This document shows positions 10,101-18,443 of a stretch of 64,000 nucleotides of DNA, one piece after another. The position numbers and the translations under genes are program-made. The stretch's first letter is position 1, and each line of letters opens with the position of its first letter. The DNA is from a virus: the IMG/VR virus record IMGVR_UViG_3300011115_000879, positions 64,001 to 128,000 of that record, one strand, 5' to 3'. The notes under the pieces are model-generated. The model saw only the letters and a program-made list of their open reading frames with translations. It had not been told where the DNA came from and searched no databases.

Positions 10101-10578
10101 TGATTATTTAGAAGGATTAGTTAGACTTGCTGATGTAAATACTAACAATGTAACTCAATATATGACATCTTGGCCTATTAAACATATTGGTCTTTTAGAA
10201 AACCAAGAAACTTCAAATAAAAAAGTAGATTCAAGTATAATAAAAGAATTTATTAAATTTGCTATTAGAAAACTACAAATATCTAAAATACCAGAAGGAT
10301 TAACATTATCATACAACAATGATGAAGCTAAATCTCGTCACTCATTTGGTACATTTGACCCAAATACTGGTAAAATATGGCTATACGTTAAAAATAGAAA
10401 CATGGCTGATATATTACGCACACTAGCACATGAATTAGTTCATCGTAAACAAGACGAAGATGGACGTATCGATTATAGTAGCGGCGAAACAGGATCAGAA
10501 ATTGAAAACGAAGCAAATGCTCAAGCAGGTATACTATTAAGAGACTTTGGTAAACAAAACGAAAAAATATATCAATAA
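7129..10578 (+). CDS. Multidomain protein: nucleotidyltransferase + HxGH cytidylyltransferase-like + degenerate ParB/Srx-like + Cys-motif domain + HExxH metallopeptidase
   Basis: ISGSY...GDLDL...VQID; PGAFKPPHKGH...VSATGLR; MPLPLVL...YLVGG; CIKYGNGYSFCIS; TLAHELVH...ENEANA. Confidence 0.7.
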   Translation: MSGSIGANRIPRSAVEATLKAYTDKVLRKFPGFKSAKISGSYNTSVKPDHGDLDLVIHIEGDETDKKILKQKFAAFLNSLSEIPPFKSGRNVGKKSAGTGDIVITQFPIEGYPDLTVQIDNMIVMSEQESDYRKSFLDLPAEKQGLLVGLAKAILLEENPQDIFSRLGITNIPKLEDNQEFEFNLSNKGLTLRLVTLSDNFKETGRNEIWTSFNWSDVEKLFKNYNLNGSWEDLLDDIKNKLQNPRSKNRVKGVFNSLVVINAGEAGTPKGDNKLKAKEKVSATLSENNLGRYLVSMLLEQEEETQPTIAIFPGAFKPPHKGHFDVVEQLLKVSDQVVVLVSPKTRDGITADESMAVWNLYKAKLDGSVEVRVSAITPIKETYDVVADNPDTEFRVAFGKGEIDRYKTIEKYPNVKIFDAGEVEGVSATGLRAAIVSKNEEKIKEYLPEGITIEEFMSALNKPVETSTAPPAEPAPAEPAPAAPEQPLQESPPLEFEQDDYQDYVLQNRNKIEKAAYFFNLPISDMEYAFNAGKEVVLSDDMWSKLDNSKSYKMKTLDDAIQHALKLGINPKPYIDFIKGGKEMPLPLVLCYAQDKYYLVGGEIVLSLYRALGSIPTVIQATLNLKINSPSYPVMVKEGLIKEYSESLIKRLIQKYKIEQPDLSDEDIRAEILEFDKIKDKLDPTKRDITKYDWSTLQSTIQDNKSTRIKAGKVDKNKVEGDVNLVYNKNGIRIYKADSKKACIKYGNGYSFCISARGSGNAFDTYRFGDEDEEQDPGLPYFVFDDNKSSAKDEKDKFIDQEHLLVIFALEYGGYAVTKANNEGEDWFETFDKLVSKYPYLNGLENTIKYENPDKKISLGREFTKYVDNKATELITIWLNKNKDFYRKESAFAPNFNNLPNKSKQFIQDILDGKRVMYSITNKSPSGNGTSIITTSPEEAQKELEKYIKKSDDNFNNNISSLSIEKQKDVLDYYHKYPFHLVQIPMNQSTIDYLEGLVRLADVNTNNVTQYMTSWPIKHIGLLENQETSNKKVDSSIIKEFIKFAIRKLQISKIPEGLTLSYNNDEAKSRHSFGTFDPNTGKIWLYVKNRNMADILRTLAHELVHRKQDEDGRIDYSSGETGSEIENEANAQAGILLRDFGKQNEKIYQ

Positions 10579-10591
10579 ATAAAATATAGTT

Positions 10592-11176
10592 ATGGCTGAA
10601 TCGAAATTAATAAAAGAATTTAAGGGGCGTGATGTACAACGTATGCGTAACATTATGACTAAAGATTATGGTGCTAAAACATCTGTTCAAGTAGGATATA
10701 ATAAAGATCATATTGAGTACAAGGAAGGTGATGTATGGGAAGTTGATGGTAGATCATGGACAATCAAAAACGGTTTAAAACAAACCGTTACTCGCTTTGA
10801 TAAACTTAAACAATTAGTTGCAATGCCTTTATGTTGTCCTAAATGTAAAGTACCAATGCAGGACAATCGCCCAAACAAATTAATGTATTCTATACATCAA
10901 ATATGTTTTGATTGTGTTATAAAACACGAAACTAAACTAAAACTTACAGGCGAATACGAAAAATACGAACGTAATATAATAAATCAAGGCGTACAATACC
11001 ATATTAAAGAAATGGAAGGTGTATTACTAGAATTATTAATGGACCAATCCGATGAATCTTTCGTTACTGAAGCTGGCGATATTGAAACATGGAAAGGTAA
11101 AGGTATAGACGTAACTAAAACCACACAAGAAATACAGGAGTACATACAAAAACTCAAGGATGCCATAGCTACCTAA
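10592..11176 (+). CDS. Hypothetical zinc-finger protein
   Basis: CPKC...CFDC in a 194-aa ORF. Confidence 0.55.
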   Translation: MAESKLIKEFKGRDVQRMRNIMTKDYGAKTSVQVGYNKDHIEYKEGDVWEVDGRSWTIKNGLKQTVTRFDKLKQLVAMPLCCPKCKVPMQDNRPNKLMYSIHQICFDCVIKHETKLKLTGEYEKYERNIINQGVQYHIKEMEGVLLELLMDQSDESFVTEAGDIETWKGKGIDVTKTTQEIQEYIQKLKDAIAT

Positions 11177-11218
11177 TATTTATTAGCATCGTTCCACCTA
11201 AATATATAAATAAATACG

Positions 11219-11386
11219 ATGCATAATAATCCTGAATTTAATACTATTGGACTTGTTTCTATAAGTTTAACCACTCTAAATAGTCTATTTCAAGTATTTA
11301 ATCCTATCCTTACAGGTTTATTTTATATAGCTTCGATTTCGTGGCTATGTGTACAAATATACTACAAATTAAAAGGTAAAAGATGA
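11219..11386 (+). CDS. Small membrane protein, holin candidate (55 aa, absent from ORF track)
   Basis: MHNNPEFNTIGLVSISLTTLNSLFQVFNPILTGLFYIASISWLCVQIYYKLKGKR; follows ATATTTAT at 11176; ATGA overlap with the next gene. Confidence 0.55.
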   Translation: MHNNPEFNTIGLVSISLTTLNSLFQVFNPILTGLFYIASISWLCVQIYYKLKGKR

Positions 11387-11613
11387 TTAAACTATCAGAA
11401 TTATTAGAACCAGAACCACTACAATTTCCAGATAGTTTTAAACCAGCTAAAAAGGTACCTGAAGGTGGTGCAATGTGCGCTAACTGCGCTAAGTGGAATA
11501 AAGAAACACAATTGTGTGAAGGACAATATTACATTGATTGGAATGGTAACGGTAAAATACCAACTGAACCAACTAAATATGTTTGTATTTGGTGGGTACC
11601 GCAAAATAAATAA
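11383..11613 (+). CDS. Small 4-Cys protein (HiPIP-like spacing) with MIKL leader
   Basis: MIKLSELLE leader; CANC...C...CIWW. Confidence 0.5.
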   Translation: MIKLSELLEPEPLQFPDSFKPAKKVPEGGAMCANCAKWNKETQLCEGQYYIDWNGNGKIPTEPTKYVCIWWVPQNK

Positions 11614-11615
11614 CA

Positions 11616-12218
11616 ATGATTAAACTATCAGAACTACTAAGCGAAAAAGCACCATGCTGGAAAGGTTATAAACAAATTGGTATGAAGGAAAAGAATGGTA
11701 AACAAGTACCAAACTGCGTTCCAATTGATGAAGCCTTTTTTATAGGTGAAGATCAAACTATAGAGTGTGAAAAATGTGGATGGAGATGGAAATTATCTGA
11801 TGGTGGAAAAGATCCATATCTTTGCCATAAATGTAATTTCGATAATAGCTACGTCTATCAAGACGAAGCAATAGATGAATACGACGTTGAAAATAAACAA
11901 GACGTATTAGAATTCCTCCAATTTATAAAAGAACACAACAAACTATTATCTGAAGCAGAATGTGATTGTGTTTATGAAGCTGAATATCACGGCCATAAAG
12001 TTACATTAGGTAAACCAATGCAAGGTGATATTAAGAAATTCAAAGTATACGTTAAAGATCCTAAATCAGGAAGAATAGTTAAAGTAAATTTTGGAGCTCA
12101 TGGAATGAATATTAAAAAGAATAATCCTAAACGTCGCAAAGCATATAGAGCAAGACACCATTGTGACAATCCCGGACCTCGTACTAAAGCAAATTATTGG
12201 AGTTGCCGTAAATGGTAA
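11616..12218 (+). CDS. Putative internal head protein made of Cys-containing mini-domains
   Basis: MIKLSELLSE leader; CWKGY...VPNCVP; CEKC...CHKC ribbon; basic C-terminal domain ending RARHHC...YWSCRKW. Confidence 0.55.
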   Translation: MIKLSELLSEKAPCWKGYKQIGMKEKNGKQVPNCVPIDEAFFIGEDQTIECEKCGWRWKLSDGGKDPYLCHKCNFDNSYVYQDEAIDEYDVENKQDVLEFLQFIKEHNKLLSEAECDCVYEAEYHGHKVTLGKPMQGDIKKFKVYVKDPKSGRIVKVNFGAHGMNIKKNNPKRRKAYRARHHCDNPGPRTKANYWSCRKW

Positions 12219-12233
12219 AATAAAAATATATAA

Positions 12234-14897
12234 ATGAGAGCAATAGATAAATTCATATTACACGTAGCACATAATCTTTTCCCTTTAAATGAATATTCAG
12301 CAGGAGAAGTATCCCGCTTAATGATTCAATTTAGAGAAGAAGCTGATGATTTAAATATCCAAATTACAGACGATCAACTTAAAGCATATATCAATCGATT
12401 TGATACTTTAAAAAATTCTCCTAAAGTACAGGAGAAAGATTTACGTAAATATACTTTATCAAAACTAATTAAATTAGTAACATCATCCGCCGATGCTGAA
12501 ACAGAAGGTGATGAGGAAGATCAAACACCAGATGTAGTATATCAAGATGGTGGTATTACAATATGGAATGGCTCTAAAGAAGGTAATTGTATTGCTTATG
12601 GTAGAGGAGAAAAATGGTGTATCACTAGAGGATCATTTGGTAACTACCGCTATAGCGCAGATAAAGGATATCCAGTATTTTATTTAGCTAAAAATACTAA
12701 TATATCAGATAGTGATAAATTAAGCTTTGTTGCTATTCAAGTTAGAAATGTAACAGATGACGATAAAAAATACGTCTATACCGATAGAAGTAACTCCCCA
12801 TATGAATCATCAGCAATGAATTTTAGTGCATTATTATCTAAAATCCCTTGGTTGAACGATATTCCAAATATTAGAGGAATATTACGTTATATCCCTTTAA
12901 ATAATAATGAAAAAGTAAATCAAAAATATAAAAACGAATCGGTTAGTATTAGAGAATGGATAAAAATGCCATTTAATACTAAAAAACAATATTTAGTTGT
13001 TAGGGGTGCACGTACTTTATTTAATGATATAGAAAATACAGAATTTGTTGGAAAATATTTACCACAATATCCACAAATAGCTGAATTTATTGTTATTACT
13101 CCTGGTATCATTGATAATGTTTATTTATTAGCAAATTTAGATAAATTTAGCAATCAAGATAGAAGATCAATAACAGCTAACATACAACAACCAATTGATT
13201 TAAGATACCTTTCAACAGAAAACTTTCCATTTGATGTTAAAAAATTATTAACATTATTAAAAAAATGGAAAATTAGAAGTGATGAAAGATTATATGTTAC
13301 TAAAAATGGTGAAGCCATTGTTAAATTAAAATTTGGAGATACAGTTAATATAGGAGTATACACAGCGGAAGATGATTATCCAAATGTTAAATTAAATCAA
13401 CGCACATCAAAATACTTACTTGACTACCCAGAACTAGATAAGATACCATTCAATGTAATGATAAAATTAGCTACTGATGGTGTTATAGATAAAAGCTTAT
13501 TAGATACAATTATAGAAAAAGCTAAAACAGATGAAGATTCTGCTATTGTAGTTAAAGATATTAATGGTAAAGAAATTATAGTCGATTCAAATTCATTTGC
13601 ATCATATAAAATTGAAGATGGTAAAATATCTAAAATACCATTTGATGATGAAGATGTACAAGCTGTATTTGCTGCTGAAAAAGATAATTTATCATTCCAA
13701 CAAAGTGCAGTTGATACTATTAGAATAGCAGCTACTGATGGACAAGATCTACCACCAAGATTAGATAAAGAAGCATTTTTATCCATTGTTAAAGCCACAC
13801 CATACGATAAAAGAACATACACAGATGGGCGATATCAATATGTTGTTTTAGTACCAGAAGGACAAGGTGAGAGAGATATGTTTACAAAATCTACAAACCT
13901 ATACGATAGTATGTTAACTACTGGAGCTGATTTTGGACGTGCTGGTGATTGGAGAGCATTTGATCATAAAGGTGCAATGCAGGAAAGAGATTATAGAGCT
14001 TACTTCAGCTGGATGAGAAATGAAAATAAAGTATATGAAAGTGAACGAGTAATAAGTAATTGGAGGACTACATGGGGTGGTGTAGGTGGTAAAAAAGCAT
14101 GGTTTGCAGCACAACCACCATTCTCACCAACAGACCAATACGCACCCGCAGTATCAGCAGACGGTACTTGTTATCTTGTTAATAAACAAAATTCAAGAGA
14201 AAGTCTTAAATTATCCGACTCAGCTAAATTAGTTAAAGCAAATATACCAGCCTCAATGGCTCGCCAATTAATAGGCGCTACACCAGATCAAGCTACTCCA
14301 GTAGCTGCAGCAGCTACAACACCAGTAGCAAACGCAGCAGCACCAGCAACCGGTAGAAGAGGTAGACCAGTAGGTGTAGCTAATGCTCCACGTGCTGCCG
14401 CTCCTGCAGCAGCAGCAGGAGAAGGATTTATAAATGTAGCTAACGTAATGGATGAAACTGGGTTAGTAGCTGCATTTAACGGATTACCACGTGCTGATAG
14501 AAATAGATTAAACGTAACAGATGGTGTACGTATTACTCCAAATGGAGATAGAGGTGCTGCTCGTCGCAATAATCAATTAGGTGAATTAGTTGGCAGTGTA
14601 GGTAGAGTTATTGGTATTGGAGCTAGTAAAATATACTTAATTCGTTTAAGAGCAAACCAACAAATAATAGCATCTATTAATATACAACCAGGTAATAGAA
14701 ACTACGTACTATTACCAAATGGCACAGCATTAACATTAAATTCACCAGCTGAATTAATGCAGGTATTACGCCAACGTAACTTAGTAGCTGAAGCTCGCAA
14801 TTACATTGTGCGTGAATATCTACACCACAACCCACAACATTTAGATGAGGTACGAGGTTTAATACAACAACACGTTAATGAAACCAAAAGAAAGTAA
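12234..14897 (+). CDS. Large hypothetical protein, putative internal head/ejected protein
   Basis: N-terminal domain (after PLNE) aligns with an internal domain of 7129..10578; Ala/Pro linker with an RRGRP AT-hook-like motif. Confidence 0.5.
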   Translation: MRAIDKFILHVAHNLFPLNEYSAGEVSRLMIQFREEADDLNIQITDDQLKAYINRFDTLKNSPKVQEKDLRKYTLSKLIKLVTSSADAETEGDEEDQTPDVVYQDGGITIWNGSKEGNCIAYGRGEKWCITRGSFGNYRYSADKGYPVFYLAKNTNISDSDKLSFVAIQVRNVTDDDKKYVYTDRSNSPYESSAMNFSALLSKIPWLNDIPNIRGILRYIPLNNNEKVNQKYKNESVSIREWIKMPFNTKKQYLVVRGARTLFNDIENTEFVGKYLPQYPQIAEFIVITPGIIDNVYLLANLDKFSNQDRRSITANIQQPIDLRYLSTENFPFDVKKLLTLLKKWKIRSDERLYVTKNGEAIVKLKFGDTVNIGVYTAEDDYPNVKLNQRTSKYLLDYPELDKIPFNVMIKLATDGVIDKSLLDTIIEKAKTDEDSAIVVKDINGKEIIVDSNSFASYKIEDGKISKIPFDDEDVQAVFAAEKDNLSFQQSAVDTIRIAATDGQDLPPRLDKEAFLSIVKATPYDKRTYTDGRYQYVVLVPEGQGERDMFTKSTNLYDSMLTTGADFGRAGDWRAFDHKGAMQERDYRAYFSWMRNENKVYESERVISNWRTTWGGVGGKKAWFAAQPPFSPTDQYAPAVSADGTCYLVNKQNSRESLKLSDSAKLVKANIPASMARQLIGATPDQATPVAAAATTPVANAAAPATGRRGRPVGVANAPRAAAPAAAAGEGFINVANVMDETGLVAAFNGLPRADRNRLNVTDGVRITPNGDRGAARRNNQLGELVGSVGRVIGIGASKIYLIRLRANQQIIASINIQPGNRNYVLLPNGTALTLNSPAELMQVLRQRNLVAEARNYIVREYLHHNPQHLDEVRGLIQQHVNETKRK

Positions 14898-14927
14898 TAT
14901 TTATAAATATAAACACAAAAAGATAAT

Positions 14928-15416
14928 ATGAATAATTCAGCAATGCGTCTATTTGTACGCAGCATCATAGCAGAAGCTAAAGCAACAGATAAAAAGGTTA
15001 AAAAAACGAAAAAAGCAATGAGAACATCTGTTGATGATCGTTTGAAAATGATTGACGAAGCTGGCGATAAAGCTGCTTTACAAGCTAAAATAGCTAAAAT
15101 CGAAGAAGATATCAAAGAAGCAAACGAAATCAAAAATGCAATTCCTAGCAACATTGGTCATTTTGTTGATCATGAAATTATAAGCGATTTACATGATGAT
15201 TTAGCATCTAGTATTGAAGAACTTCAAGCTAAAAAAGCTGAATTAGAAGAGCAAATGAAAGGATTAGATGAGGCTCGCTTTAAAAAAGGAGAAGATGTAG
15301 GAGCAAAAGGTAAAAATTTCGCTAAAATCGAAAAATCAGCAGCAAAACATTATGGTTCAGAAGAAGCTGGTAAAAAAGTAGCAGGTGCTATTCTTAAAAA
15401 AGTAGTAAAAAAATAA
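14928..15416 (+). CDS. Coiled-coil putative internal head protein
   Basis: Leader ending IIAE; K/E-rich helical composition. Confidence 0.45.
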   Translation: MNNSAMRLFVRSIIAEAKATDKKVKKTKKAMRTSVDDRLKMIDEAGDKAALQAKIAKIEEDIKEANEIKNAIPSNIGHFVDHEIISDLHDDLASSIEELQAKKAELEEQMKGLDEARFKKGEDVGAKGKNFAKIEKSAAKHYGSEEAGKKVAGAILKKVVKK

Positions 15417-15418
15417 TA

Positions 15419-15775
15419 ATGATTAAGTTAGCTGAATTATTAGATGAAAAACATCTTACTCCTGCTGAAGTAGAAAAAAAGGAAGATATTCTTAAAGCCA
15501 TGAAAAAATCTGGCACTAAGTTAACTCCTAAAGAATATGCTATAGCAACAGCAAAAGCTGAAAAAATAGCTGAAGGAGAAGATCATGAAGCGTCAATGGC
15601 TAAAGGTGAATTACGCGATATGCTTACACACGGAGCAAAATTATACCAAATGATTGAACCAGGTGAAAACTTACCAGGTTGGGTATCATCTTACATCACA
15701 TTGGCTTCAGATTATATTCACAGTGTAACAGAATATATGATTGAAAAATCCGTTGAAGGAGAAACTTATGAATAA
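15419..15775 (+). CDS. Putative internal head protein with MIKL leader
   Basis: MIKLAELLDE; second domain DHEASMA...LPGWVSSYIT after KIAE. Confidence 0.5.
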   Translation: MIKLAELLDEKHLTPAEVEKKEDILKAMKKSGTKLTPKEYAIATAKAEKIAEGEDHEASMAKGELRDMLTHGAKLYQMIEPGENLPGWVSSYITLASDYIHSVTEYMIEKSVEGETYE

Positions 15776-16307
15776 AGAACTATTATTAGAAAAATATATT
15801 AAAGTTGCTGTTAAGAAGGCTTTAAAAGAGCAAGAAGTAGCACAACAGAAAGCCGAGAAAGCGATGTACCTAGTATATCGCTTCCCTGGTTTAAAAAAAG
15901 TAATGGAAGACTTAATGTCACCTGCTTTTGGTAAGTATGTTAATGCTATTAATATTATTGCTCCAAAGCCAACTACATTTAAAGTTGATTTAATCAACGG
16001 ACAAGACTTCAGCATTAAATATCTAGGTAAAGGTAAATTCAGTACTAAAGTGGCAGGTAAACAATATAATCCTATTAATTTAGGAGAATTAGAACGTGCA
16101 TCACAATCAATATCTGATTTACTAGAATTAAATTATGCACCTGCTGAAGGTAAAGAACAAATGGGTGCTGAACCTGGAGCAGAACCAGCAGCACCCGGTA
16201 CATCAGCAGCTGAATTAGGTCCTGAATTAGCAGCAGCTAATACTGAACCAACACCACCAGAAGCTACTCCACCAGCAGAAGAAGAAACCCCACCAGCCGA
16301 AGCATAA
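15768..16307 (+). CDS. Hypothetical protein with Pro/Glu/Ala tail
   Basis: ATG at 15768 preferred (AAGGAG 6 nt upstream, short overlap); leader MNKELLLE...ALKE. Confidence 0.5.
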   Translation: MNKELLLEKYIKVAVKKALKEQEVAQQKAEKAMYLVYRFPGLKKVMEDLMSPAFGKYVNAINIIAPKPTTFKVDLINGQDFSIKYLGKGKFSTKVAGKQYNPINLGELERASQSISDLLELNYAPAEGKEQMGAEPGAEPAAPGTSAAELGPELAAANTEPTPPEATPPAEEETPPAEA

Positions 16308-16308
16308 T

Positions 16309-17451
16309 ATGACAGTTATAGATAAAATACTAAATGAATGGTCTTATCGCTGTAGCGATGGGATTGTAGATATGAATAATCCTACTAAACGAGAGATATT
16401 AAATATAATATTGAAGGAAAATGGTGTTGAATTAGAAGAAGCTAAACCTAAGAAAGAAAAACCAGTTGAAGAAGAAGATACATCTGATATAGGAAATATA
16501 ATATCTACTTTAAAATCAGTAGGAATTAGAAAAGATATTCTTAATGATATTAAAAATATATTATTAAATTATAATGAAGATCAGTTAAAAAATTTCATAA
16601 GCAAATTTAGAACATACGATATAAATAATATCACTGATATTTATAAAACATTCTCTGATTTTTTCAATATTACTACTAAAGGATTAGGTAGAGGTGAAGT
16701 TATGTTAATTATAGGATTAAAAGATAGTAAGTCCGGTGGTACATCATCTAAAGATATAGAAATAAAAGGTAAAGTATACGAAGTAAAGGAATTAGCGGGT
16801 GGTGAATTTAGTTTAGCTAGTGATGGTTATATCGGTGGTACTACTTACCTTCAAAATTTAAACACATTTAAGAAATATTTAACAAAAGAGATTGTACCGG
16901 CTTTAGATATTACTGAAGATGAAGCTAATACTTTATACGAAACTATAAACTATTATACTGAAAATGGTCCCAATAATGCCTCACGAGGATTTTTGATTAA
17001 TTTAGAAAAATCATGTGAAATATTAAAACAAAATATTACTAAAACTAGCATCCAAACTATAAATTATATTACTGTTAGAGGTAAAAAAATAGCAATTAGT
17101 GATGAAGATTGGGATAAAATACAAGCAGGAAGTGGTCCTGTAAATATATCTTTTGGGGATGAAGTTAGTGAAGTTAAAATTAATTTATCTAAATTAGATA
17201 AACACCCTTGGGTTTTAAATCCAAAAGAAATAAAAGATAATTTAAATACCATATGGGATTCATTTCTTAATAAAATAGAAGGAATAATAGCTTTTAAATA
17301 TCAAGATAAATCAGAAGGAATATTTTTAACTAAAGAAGAAGTAAAAGAAAATTTTATACCTTTTAGAATTGTTCAAAACTCCTTACTAGCAAAAGAAAAA
17401 TCAATAGTAAATAAGAAAAAAGAAATAACAGAAGAATATGACACAATTTAA
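16309..17451 (+). CDS. PD-(D/E)XK restriction-endonuclease-fold protein with LNE leader
   Basis: GRGEV...KDIEIKGKVYEVKE fits E...D...ExK; leader MTVIDKILNE. Confidence 0.5.
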   Translation: MTVIDKILNEWSYRCSDGIVDMNNPTKREILNIILKENGVELEEAKPKKEKPVEEEDTSDIGNIISTLKSVGIRKDILNDIKNILLNYNEDQLKNFISKFRTYDINNITDIYKTFSDFFNITTKGLGRGEVMLIIGLKDSKSGGTSSKDIEIKGKVYEVKELAGGEFSLASDGYIGGTTYLQNLNTFKKYLTKEIVPALDITEDEANTLYETINYYTENGPNNASRGFLINLEKSCEILKQNITKTSIQTINYITVRGKKIAISDEDWDKIQAGSGPVNISFGDEVSEVKINLSKLDKHPWVLNPKEIKDNLNTIWDSFLNKIEGIIAFKYQDKSEGIFLTKEEVKENFIPFRIVQNSLLAKEKSIVNKKKEITEEYDTI

Positions 17452-17686
17452 CCCACTAGATACAATTACAGTAGACGTACCATTATTCATACGCCTATTA
17501 GAATACGCCCGTGAAGACGCTAAAACCGATATGGATTTACATAACGTAGCTGAAAACGCAATCACATTAAGCGAAACCGGTAAAACATTAAAAATGACTG
17601 ACTATGATGCTATTGTTAAAGATGGCGGACAAGAAGGAACAATAGCTGAATCTAAAAGAATGCAGAAGTTAGCTAATATAAACTAA
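17438..17686 (+). CDS. Small protein with scaffold-like C-terminal motif
   Basis: Ends IAESKRMQKLANIN; the scaffold ends IKRMQKLANIIK. Confidence 0.6.
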   Translation: MTQFNPLDTITVDVPLFIRLLEYAREDAKTDMDLHNVAENAITLSETGKTLKMTDYDAIVKDGGQEGTIAESKRMQKLANIN

Positions 17687-17740
17687 ACATACAGACTAGA
17701 TTCATTGCCTAGTCGCATCGGAATAAAATAATCAAAGTAG

Positions 17741-17770
17741 TGGCTCATCTTAATAGATGGGCCATCTTCT
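17741..17770 (+). terminator. Terminator-like hairpin
   Basis: TGGCTCATCT-TAAT-AGATGGGCCA, 10-bp stem with a pyrimidine tail. Confidence 0.6.
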
Positions 17771-17819
17771 ATTTGAAAAATAGGTGGTTGGTCTGATGGA
17801 AAGTCGTATATTTATTGTC

Positions 17820-18443
17820 ATGATAAGCATATACATTTTAGAAAGAAATGGGATACCATTTTATGTAGGTAAAGCAAATGATGTAATAAGACGAAAACAC
17901 AAACACCATCAAACATATGGTCCTGATATAACATTAACTATTGTTGATAAAGTTGAAGATTGGAAATATTGGGAAGAGTATTGGATTGAACAGTTTAAAG
18001 CATGGGGGTTTATTTTATTAAATCAAAATAAAGGTGGTGGTGGTCCTGAACGATATACTGAAGAACAGAAACAAAAAATGAGAAAACCTCGTATAATAGG
18101 AACTGGAGATAAAATAAGTAAAACATTGAAACAAAGAAATCATTCACAATATTATACTGAAGAAGTTAAACAGCGAATAAGTGAAGGAAATAAAATACTA
18201 AAACCATTCTCAGATGAACATAAACAAAATATGGGTATAGCTAAACGTAAACAAGCAACACCTGTACTTATGTTTGACTTAAATAATAATTTAATTAAGG
18301 AATGGGAGAGCAAAGGTCAAGCAGCAGAATGGATTAAAGAACAAACAGGTAAAACAAGTAATGTAACATCACAGATTAAAGATTGTATTTTGGGGAGGCA
18401 AAAAACAGCGTTTAAATTTAAATGGAAATATAAAACAATATGA
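17820..18443 (+). CDS. Free-standing GIY-YIG homing endonuclease with NUMOD-type repeats
   Basis: IYIL...FYVGK, EEYWI, LLN; repeats YTEEQKQKM/YTEEVKQRIS/FSDEHKQNM; C-terminal NUMOD1-like tail. ATG at 17820 follows ATATTTAT. Confidence 0.8.
   Translation: MISIYILERNGIPFYVGKANDVIRRKHKHHQTYGPDITLTIVDKVEDWKYWEEYWIEQFKAWGFILLNQNKGGGGPERYTEEQKQKMRKPRIIGTGDKISKTLKQRNHSQYYTEEVKQRISEGNKILKPFSDEHKQNMGIAKRKQATPVLMFDLNNNLIKEWESKGQAAEWIKEQTGKTSNVTSQIKDCILGRQKTAFKFKWKYKTI

Noticed and set aside
17687-18443. Group I intron around the homing endonuclease
   Set aside because: Flanking genes look complete, the endonuclease overlaps the next start codon, and I could not identify an intron core.
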